A stretch of 64,000 nt of DNA. Origin: an uncultured Bacteroidota bacterium (GTDB lineage: Bacteria > Bacteroidota > Bacteroidia > Chitinophagales > Chitinophagaceae). Shown here piece by piece: positions 56,782 to 64,000 of this stretch (its first letter is position 1; every line of letters begins with the position of its first letter). The notes under the pieces were generated by a model that saw only the letters and a program-made list of their open reading frames with translations, was not told the DNA's origin and ran no database searches. The DNA lies in NCBI GenBank assembly GCA_903938445.1, contig CAJADG010000007.1, forward strand, positions 18,405-82,404. Reading direction: 5' to 3'. The position numbers and the translations under genes were made by a program.

Positions 56782-59700
56782 TTACATAACAACTCTACTA
56801 CCACCATTATTATCTTTAATGGTAATCATTTTTACATTTTGATCTTTTAAAACAGCTCTTGCAGATTGAGATAAGAAGGAACTTCCGTAATAAAATTCTT
56901 GTTTTCTTTTGCTTCCATTTTTATATTCAATAACTGCACTTGTCTCATTAGCAAAAACAGGAATTACTTTTGCATTCCCTTTAAGTTGATACAATTTTAA
57001 TGGGCCTCTATTCTGAGAAGCCGCAATTAAATAATCGCCTGCCTTATTGGATAATTTTACAATAGCTTTTCCATTGCCTGGAATAAATATGCCACTTTCT
57101 ACAATACTTAATGGCTTAAATCCTCCTTTACCATTTCCTATCATCACTAATCCATTTAAAGCATCATATCTTCCCATGGTTACTTCTGTACCAAAATCAT
57201 TTGCATTGATAAGTATATCCAAATTACCATCTCCATCGAAATCATCCACTTCCATGCCATTAATTACAGAATATTGCGCTGCTTGTGGAAGTGAGGTCAT
57301 TTCAAATTTACCGTTTCCATTGTTTTTAAGATATACCGAAGCAAAACTGTTTGCGGACAGTTCCTGTGCACCTTTTAATTGCTCAGGTGTAAACATTTGA
57401 TCAATAGTTGCTGTGGCAAATGATTTAAAATTTTGATACTTGGAGCGCATTCCAATCATTTGTTTAATGATGTCTTCTCTAGTTTGTACTGGATATAATT
57501 TTTTAGTGGTATCTACATGACTGGTTGGCAACCATAATGCAGGGAAGGCATCGTAACTACCATTTTTATCAAAGTCTTTAGCAAAAATCTTAGCAGGAAA
57601 CTTTTCAGCAGCTTTATAAAAAGAATTCAATCCCAAATTTCCTACTACATAATCCATATCACCATCATTATCAAAGTCACCTGCCACAATACTATTCCAC
57701 CATCCTGTTTTATCATTAATTCCGGAGTTTGCTGAAATATCTTTAAATACACCTTTTTCATTTTTGAAAAACTTAATAGACATCCACTCTCCTGTTATCA
57801 CTAAATCAGGCCAGCCATCATTGTCAAAATCAGTAAATATGGCATCCGTAACCATGCCAATATTGATTAAGTCTTTGGCAACTGTATTAGTCACATTTGT
57901 ATATTTTACAATTCCGTCTTTTGTATCATTACGATATATAAAACTTGATACTGGCTTTGGATAATTACCTGGATCCACTCTTCCCCCAATAAACAAATCT
58001 AAATCTCCATCATGATCATAGTCAACCGCCTTAATGCTTAATTTACTTACTAAGTTTTGAGGTAAGCTATTTAGTTGTAATGAAAAATTACCCTTACCAT
58101 CATTCAAGTACAATTGATCATTATAAGCATTTGAACCAGATGGACTATCATAACCACTTCCTGTAATAATTAAGTCCAAATCTTTATCCCCATCAACATC
58201 TATCAACAATAATCCACCATCCTTATTTGGTTTTATTGCATATCCATCTATTGTAAATAAAGGCCTTTGAATAAACTTATTATTGTTTTGCTGTAAAAGT
58301 AATTGAGCACTTTTATCAGTTCCTGCAATAATAATATCATCCAATCCATTGCCATCGATATCACCAACAGCCAAGGCTGGGCTATATTCAGATAATTTAT
58401 GTGGCAGTAACTTTTGAATATTAAAATCAACAAAATCAGTTTGAGTATGAACGAAATTTATTCCTGCATTGGAAGTGATTTCCTTAAACAAAGTATTGGA
58501 AGCGAATATTGGTTTTTCAATTTCATTTATTGTAGATGCATCTTTACTATTCACCACCAAAACTTGATTCGCTTTTATATTTGTTTGTACCTGTTTTTTT
58601 TGATTGGGCCATACAATTACCACTGAATCAATTTGGTTAATTGCTCCTAATCCAAAATGCACTTTATTTTGAATGGTTGATAAATAGCCACGGTAAGGAC
58701 TTTGTTCTCCCACCTGCATTTTACCATGGTCAAAATAAATAGTAGCCTCTGCTCCTATTCCATTTAAATTTTGAACATCTCCCTTAAAAACAATATCTAA
58801 ATAGTTACTAGCCTCTGGCTTTATTTGACGCTGTTTGTTTTGGTAAATACTTGCCTCGTCATTGATATTATTTATGATAACATCTAAATCACCATCATTG
58901 TCCAAATCGGCATAGACTGCACCATTTGAAAAACTTGGTACTTCAAAACCCCATTCCAAACTCGCATCCGTAAAATTTAATGCGCCGTTATTTTTAAATA
59001 CGTAGTTATGAATTTTAACCTCTGGAATTTGAGTAAGTAATTGTGCTTTTGATGCAAAACTAAATGCCTTGTTTCGATACATTATAAAATCATGATCGGT
59101 AATATCTTTAGGGAAGCCATTGGTAATAAATAAATCTCTATTGCCATCATTGTCTAAATCGGCTAGCAATGGCGTCCAACTCCAATCGGTTTCTGCCACA
59201 TTACTAAAAAAGGAAAGTTCGCTAAAAATAGGCACTCCAATGGAATCATTTTGATTCACTCTTGGCCCTTGATTAATTTGTAATGTGTTTCTTACATATT
59301 GATAATTGTATCCGTATAAATCATTATTCTGAAAGGTTTGATACGTGTTGGGGTTTAGAAACATTTTTTTACGATAGTTGTCTCTTGGATTCATATCAAG
59401 TGTAATAAAATCCATCAAACCATCATTGTTTATATCTGCAACATCCGTACCCATTGCATTTACAGAACTATGCTTAAAATAATCTCCCAAATGATCGGTA
59501 AAAGTACCATCATGATTATTGATATATAAATAGTCATTGGGTAAATAATCGTTGGTCACATAAATGTCTTTCCATCCATCCTTATTAATGTCAGTTACCA
59601 CTACACTGTGTCCATATCCTTCTTTTACTAAGCCTGCCTTTTCAGTTACATCTTTAAATACAGGATGTTTTAAAATAGGATCCCAATTGTTTTGAAATAA

Positions 59701-60360
59701 TTTACTGCTACTGTATAATTCTGGTAATTGATTTTTAGGATGGTACACATTGGGCACTTTGGGATCTTTAATTTCATTCACCACTAAAAACATATCCAAA
59801 TCCCCATCATTATCATAATCGAAAAAGTTAGCCATGGTCGAAAATGTCGTATCCGCTAATCCATATTCAGCAGCCATATCCTTAAAATGAGGAATTCCTT
59901 TTGCATCATTTCCTTGATTGATATAAAGAATATTTTTTCGCTTATTGGTATCCGTTGAAAGCGTAACACTTATATACATATCAGGCTTGCCATCATTATT
60001 GATGTCTATTACAGAAACACCTCTTGACCATTTCCCTTCGCCATTTGTAGCAGAAGCTTCTGTAATATCTTCAAATTTTAAATCGCCTTTATTTAAATAT
60101 AATTTATTGGAAACCTTATTGCCCGTAAAATATATATCCGGCAATCCATCTTCATTAAAGTCTCCAATGCCTACTCCACCACCGTTATAAATGTTAGAAA
60201 CATCCAATACGTTTAATGAATCTGTTTCTTTTATTTCATTGTTAAAATGAATCCCTGTTGTAGATGAATTTAATTTTTCGAATAAAGGTTTCTTAAAATT
60301 ACAGGATGTAAAAAGTAAAATAAAAAGAGAGCATATAGGTACAAAACGAAACATAATCAA
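56782..60360 (-). CDS. 1192-aa lipoprotein with two [7 x FG-GAP/VCBS + ASPIC/UnbV-like] modules (CRTAC1-like)
   Basis: Lipobox LFTSC. There are 14 DxDxDGxxD-type loops, 7 before and 7 after the first ASPIC-like block (YRGYLSTIQNKVHFGLG). The second block is near the C-terminus (GSSFLSQSA). Confidence 0.8.
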   Translation of the reverse strand: MIMFRFVPICSLFILLFTSCNFKKPLFEKLNSSTTGIHFNNEIKETDSLNVLDVSNIYNGGGVGIGDFNEDGLPDIYFTGNKVSNKLYLNKGDLKFEDITEASATNGEGKWSRGVSVIDINNDGKPDMYISVTLSTDTNKRKNILYINQGNDAKGIPHFKDMAAEYGLADTTFSTMANFFDYDNDGDLDMFLVVNEIKDPKVPNVYHPKNQLPELYSSSKLFQNNWDPILKHPVFKDVTEKAGLVKEGYGHSVVVTDINKDGWKDIYVTNDYLPNDYLYINNHDGTFTDHLGDYFKHSSVNAMGTDVADINNDGLMDFITLDMNPRDNYRKKMFLNPNTYQTFQNNDLYGYNYQYVRNTLQINQGPRVNQNDSIGVPIFSELSFFSNVAETDWSWTPLLADLDNDGNRDLFITNGFPKDITDHDFIMYRNKAFSFASKAQLLTQIPEVKIHNYVFKNNGALNFTDASLEWGFEVPSFSNGAVYADLDNDGDLDVIINNINDEASIYQNKQRQIKPEASNYLDIVFKGDVQNLNGIGAEATIYFDHGKMQVGEQSPYRGYLSTIQNKVHFGLGAINQIDSVVIVWPNQKKQVQTNIKANQVLVVNSKDASTINEIEKPIFASNTLFKEITSNAGINFVHTQTDFVDFNIQKLLPHKLSEYSPALAVGDIDGNGLDDIIIAGTDKSAQLLLQQNNNKFIQRPLFTIDGYAIKPNKDGGLLLIDVDGDKDLDLIITGSGYDSPSGSNAYNDQLYLNDGKGNFSLQLNSLPQNLVSKLSIKAVDYDHDGDLDLFIGGRVDPGNYPKPVSSFIYRNDTKDGIVKYTNVTNTVAKDLINIGMVTDAIFTDFDNDGWPDLVITGEWMSIKFFKNEKGVFKDISANSGINDKTGWWNSIVAGDFDNDGDMDYVVGNLGLNSFYKAAEKFPAKIFAKDFDKNGSYDAFPALWLPTSHVDTTKKLYPVQTREDIIKQMIGMRSKYQNFKSFATATIDQMFTPEQLKGAQELSANSFASVYLKNNGNGKFEMTSLPQAAQYSVINGMEVDDFDGDGNLDILINANDFGTEVTMGRYDALNGLVMIGNGKGGFKPLSIVESGIFIPGNGKAIVKLSNKAGDYLIAASQNRGPLKLYQLKGNAKVIPVFANETSAVIEYKNGSKRKQEFYYGSSFLSQSARAVLKDQNVKMITIKDNNGGSRVVM

Positions 60361-60421
60361 TGAATATTAAACAATCAAAATAGGTATTTAAAGATAATAA
60401 AAATGAGTTGATTATGTGCAC

Positions 60422-60449
60422 AAAAAAAGGGCCCGAATAATCGGGCCCT
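60422..60449 (-). terminator. strong hairpin plus U-run directly after susD
   Basis: Minus-strand agggcccga-ttat-tcgggccct followed by ttttttt. Confidence 0.72.
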
Positions 60450-60480
60450 CTGTATATTTCTAATTGAATATTAGTTCAAA

Positions 60481-62247
60481 TTAGTAACCAGGATTTTGAG
60501 TCAATACTGACTTACCAGCTTTCACTGATTTGTCAATTTGAGCTTGCGGTATAGGCAAGTACTCTGATTTTCCTGTTGTGAAAGTTACACCACTCATTGA
60601 AGTGTACCCTTGAGCAGTTTCTGCTTTAGCGTAAGCATCAAGCTCAGCTTTAGCAGTACCCCAACGTACTAAGTCAGAGAAACGGTGACCTTCCATTGCT
60701 AATTCAATCTTACGCTCAAACATGATCGCTTTCATTGCATTAGCAGCAGTAAATGTAGAAGCAGTGTATAAACCAATGCTATATTTAGTTGGAGAAACTA
60801 AACCAGCGTTGTTAGCAGGTCCTACATATCCATCTTTATTAGAAGCACGAGTACGAATTTGGTTTACATATACCATTGCCTGCGCAACAGTACCACCACC
60901 TTGAATTTCAGCTTCAGCAGCCATTAACAACACATCCGCATAACGAATTAAGTGGTAGTTGTTCGCTGTGAAACCATTAGTCCAAGATGAACCATCGGTA
61001 AATGTACCCTCTTGAGACTTACGGAATAAGTGCTTTAATGGCTCGTAAGGACCAGCAGCAGCTTGGTTACGTACCCAAGTAGAACCTGGCATTAATCCCC
61101 AATCTAAGAAAGGAACACCACGACGACCAACTGTCCAGTCAACACGTGGATCCATTGGAGTGGTAGAATCTGGAGTAAATGCTTTATCAGCAGCGATACC
61201 CATATCTGATTTTAAAGGAACATAACTGTTATCTAAGAAAGGTAAACCGTTAGCATCTACTTCAAATGAGTTTGCTAAAGTAAATGAAGGTTGGAAGAAT
61301 CCGCAACATCCTGTTTCACCACCATAAGGGAAGTTTAAGGCGTCACCAGAGTTTGCGTTAGCAGCTCCAGTACCATCATTTGCTGTCATTTGAACAGAGA
61401 ATACATCCTCTGAACTGTTTTTGTTTGCAGCATTGAATACATCTCCAAACTTAGGCAATAAAGCATATTTAACACCTAAAGAAGTTGTACCGTTAGCAAT
61501 GATTGTTGTATACAACGCTCTTGCTTCAGCAAATTTCTTTTCGAACATATACACTTTAGCTAAATAAGCAGCTGCAGCCCATTTGTTAGCACGGCCAACA
61601 TTACTCATAGTAGCAGGTAAGTTAGCATAAGCATAAGCTAAGTCAGCCTCAATTTTAGCCATTGCAGTACCATCATTAGCAACTAAGAAGTTACCAGCAG
61701 AATAAGTAATTGTTTCGTCAATAAATGGAACATTCTTGAACAATTTGATTAAATCAAAATGGTAGTGAGCACGTAAAAATCTTGCTTCAGCAGTGATACG
61801 AGTAACATCAGCAGCAGAAATATCTTTTGCTAATTTCATAACTCTTAAAGCTTCGTTTGAACGTTGAACACCATCATAACGTTGTTGCCAAATTTGGTCT
61901 AAATAACCATTAGCAGCAGTCGCATTCCATTGTTCAATTGGAGTGATTAAGTTTTGGTCACCTGGATCTGATCCTTTGTGAGCGTCACCACCCGCAACTG
62001 ATTCATACACCCAGTTACTTGAAGAAGTAGCCCAAGGACCGTTTCCAGTACCTGCGTTAGATCCTTCTCCATCCAAAAGTGAATAAGCACCCACTAAAAG
62101 CGCCTCAACACCTACTTTATTTGCTAATACATCTTGGCTCAAAGCACCTGCAGCAGGCACCTCTAAGTAAGATTTATCGCAAGCATATAAAACTACCAGT
62201 AACGAAAGTACGGCTGGCATTATATGTTTTAAATTATATTTTTTCAT
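60481..62247 (-). CDS. susD: SusD/RagB-family outer-membrane lipoprotein
   Basis: Lipobox VLYAC and TPR-like SusD blocks (ARFLRAHYHF, RYADVLLMAAEA, ERKIELAMEGHRF.DL.RW). It lies directly downstream of susC. Confidence 0.92.
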   Translation of the reverse strand: MKKYNLKHIMPAVLSLLVVLYACDKSYLEVPAAGALSQDVLANKVGVEALLVGAYSLLDGEGSNAGTGNGPWATSSSNWVYESVAGGDAHKGSDPGDQNLITPIEQWNATAANGYLDQIWQQRYDGVQRSNEALRVMKLAKDISAADVTRITAEARFLRAHYHFDLIKLFKNVPFIDETITYSAGNFLVANDGTAMAKIEADLAYAYANLPATMSNVGRANKWAAAAYLAKVYMFEKKFAEARALYTTIIANGTTSLGVKYALLPKFGDVFNAANKNSSEDVFSVQMTANDGTGAANANSGDALNFPYGGETGCCGFFQPSFTLANSFEVDANGLPFLDNSYVPLKSDMGIAADKAFTPDSTTPMDPRVDWTVGRRGVPFLDWGLMPGSTWVRNQAAAGPYEPLKHLFRKSQEGTFTDGSSWTNGFTANNYHLIRYADVLLMAAEAEIQGGGTVAQAMVYVNQIRTRASNKDGYVGPANNAGLVSPTKYSIGLYTASTFTAANAMKAIMFERKIELAMEGHRFSDLVRWGTAKAELDAYAKAETAQGYTSMSGVTFTTGKSEYLPIPQAQIDKSVKAGKSVLTQNPGY

Positions 62248-62275
62248 ATTGTAATTAATTTTCTTATTTATTTAA

Positions 62276-64000
62276 TTAAAAAGTAAGGCTAACTCCTATG
62301 TTGAAAGTCTTAGAAGGAGGATAGTTACCATAATCAACTCCGAAAGATACAGAGCTACCAGCTACTTCTGGATCTAAACCAGAGTATTTAGTAAATGTAA
62401 ACAAGTTAGCACCTTGTAAATAAACACGCGCTTTCTCGATACCATATCTTTTTAAAGTTGCAGGGCTAATAGTATAACCTACACTTAATTGCTTAACTCT
62501 CACATAAGAACCGTCCTCATTGTAAAAGTCATTAATTACGCCATTTGTACTGAAGTATGAACCATTCTCAACAATTGGATACTTTGTATTTGTTCTTGTA
62601 GGTAACCAAGATTGAGTTAACAATGGAATACTTTTTGCATTTTGGAACTGAGGATAGAAGTCTTGGAAATAACGAGTATAGTTCAAGACATTGTTTCCGA
62701 AAGAACCATAAATTACAGTAGAGATATCAAATTGCTTGTAAGTAACACCTAAGTTGATACCAGCAGTAAATGCAGGGTTTGGATCACCGAAGAAAGTTCT
62801 ATCCTTATCATCGATAACACCATCTTTATTTACGTCAACATATTTGAAACGACCTGGAGCAGCGTCTGTTTCTTTAGCCCAACTAGCTACATCAGCAGCT
62901 GATTGATAGATACCTGCAATTTTGTAACCGAAGAAAGCACCCACTGGATGTCCAACGGCGTCTCTAACTTGATTACCTGTATTGTGTGTACCTGCAGCTT
63001 CAAAGAATCCAGCAGCACCTGGGATGCTAACAACTAAGCTCTTGTAAGTACCAATATTAGCACCAACAGTGTAGCTTAAATCATTGTTTACTTTTCCACG
63101 GTAAGTGATACCTAAATCGATACCAGTGTTTTGTAAGTCACCAATATTAACCTGAGGTAATTGAGAACCTACACCCACAACAGCAGGTGCTTGGTCTTGG
63201 AACAATAAACCTTGGATACTTTTCTTATACCAGTCGATTGTAACATCTAATTTGTTGTTTAACAAAGTCATGTCAGCACCGATGTCTAAGATTTTATCTT
63301 TTTCCCAACTTGTAGCCGTGTTACCTAAGTTAGTTGCATAGAAGCCCATAACTGTAGAACTACTAGTACCATTTAAGTCATAGTAAGAAGATCCACCACC
63401 TCCACCATATAAAGTGTATTGGTTTAAAGCACTTACGTTAGAGATAGATCCTAAGATACCATAGCTACCACGTAATTTTAAAGAATTGATTGCTTTGATA
63501 TTCTTGAAGAATTCTTCTTGTGAAATTACCCAACCAGCAGAAGCTGACCAGAAATTACCATAACGATTGTCTGGTCCAAATACAGAAGATCCATCACGAC
63601 GACCATTTAATCCAACTAAGTATTTGTCTTTGTAAGCGTAATCAACTTTTGTTAAAATTGAATTACCTGTTTGTAAATAATAGTTAGAATAGTTGTTTTG
63701 ACCAATTGGATTACCTGTATTTAAACTTAAGTAGTTAGGATTGTCAGAGAAATAGTTAACTCTTGAACCACCTACTTGACGACCATTTACTTTTAATACT
63801 TCATAACCAGCCATTAATTTTAATGAATGATCTTGCTTGAATACATTAGAGTAACTTAAAGTATTTGTGAAGTTATAGTTTTGGTTGTAACCGCTATATT
63901 CACCATATCCGTTTGATGCACCATTTTCTGCATTCTCATAAGAACGGTAATTATGATAGAAACCATAGAAGTTATCAATACGACCACCAAAAGTAGATCT
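62276..64000 (-). CDS. susC: SusC-type TonB-dependent transporter, C-terminal ~574 codons (N-terminus beyond window end)
   Basis: The ORF-track protein ends in the ...GVSLTF barrel terminus. I translated 63815-64000 by hand and the frame stays open to the window edge. Confidence 0.92.
   Translation of the reverse strand, partial: RSTFGGRIDNFYGFYHNYRSYENAENGASNGYGEYSGYNQNYNFTNTLSYSNVFKQDHSLKLMAGYEVLKVNGRQVGGSRVNYFSDNPNYLSLNTGNPIGQNNYSNYYLQTGNSILTKVDYAYKDKYLVGLNGRRDGSSVFGPDNRYGNFWSASAGWVISQEEFFKNIKAINSLKLRGSYGILGSISNVSALNQYTLYGGGGGSSYYDLNGTSSSTVMGFYATNLGNTATSWEKDKILDIGADMTLLNNKLDVTIDWYKKSIQGLLFQDQAPAVVGVGSQLPQVNIGDLQNTGIDLGITYRGKVNNDLSYTVGANIGTYKSLVVSIPGAAGFFEAAGTHNTGNQVRDAVGHPVGAFFGYKIAGIYQSAADVASWAKETDAAPGRFKYVDVNKDGVIDDKDRTFFGDPNPAFTAGINLGVTYKQFDISTVIYGSFGNNVLNYTRYFQDFYPQFQNAKSIPLLTQSWLPTRTNTKYPIVENGSYFSTNGVINDFYNEDGSYVRVKQLSVGYTISPATLKRYGIEKARVYLQGANLFTFTKYSGLDPEVAGSSVSFGVDYGNYPPSKTFNIGVSLTF

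Overview
AT-rich Bacteroidota chromosome segment. The phylum call rests on a SusC/SusD pair, lipoprotein signals, and many exact TAnnTTTG -7 promoter boxes; genus cannot be determined by eye. The window is densely coding and falls into three parts. (1) Positions 1-13 kb are a deeply conserved core: rpoB (5' part), rplL, rplJ, rplA, rplK, nusG, secE, tRNA-Trp, tuf, tRNA-Thr/Gly/Tyr/Thr, hpf, a Xer-like recombinase, rpsU, an HscA-like Hsp70 and tyrS. (2) Positions 13-46 kb are housekeeping genes plus an envelope-sugar cluster. They hold tRNA-Gln, an acyltransferase, a SET-domain gene with rfbD, uxs, ugd and a DegT aminotransferase divergent from waaA, then tdk and ccmB/ccmD/ccmC. Further along come gdh, queA, lysC, ssb, mnmA, sucAB, rpsT, guaA, an XRE-S24 repressor, surE, lpxB and metX/metY-like genes. 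(3) Positions 46.6-64 kb are an accessory carbohydrate region. It starts with an NHS-family permease, a Gfo/Idh/MocA oxidoreductase and an NrtR-like Nudix regulator. These converge on a polysaccharide utilization locus: SusC (partial), SusD, a 1192-aa double FG-GAP/ASPIC lipoprotein, a PAP2/vanadium-haloperoxidase-like lipoprotein, a GMC oxidoreductase, GH30 and GH3. The features least explained by ordinary annotation are two non-coding repeat loci and this redox-containing PUL. One repeat locus is a 3-copy 58-bp hairpin tandem repeat at 14.19-14.37 kb. The other is a set of interleaved perfect inverted repeats at 40.01-40.26 kb that carries an internal filled-site/empty-site insertion signature. 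No CRISPR array, rRNA, prophage or recognisable defence island was seen. All translations beyond the ORF track, tRNA folds, hairpins and repeat coordinates were done by hand; treat hairpin ends as +/-2 nt. No database search was run.
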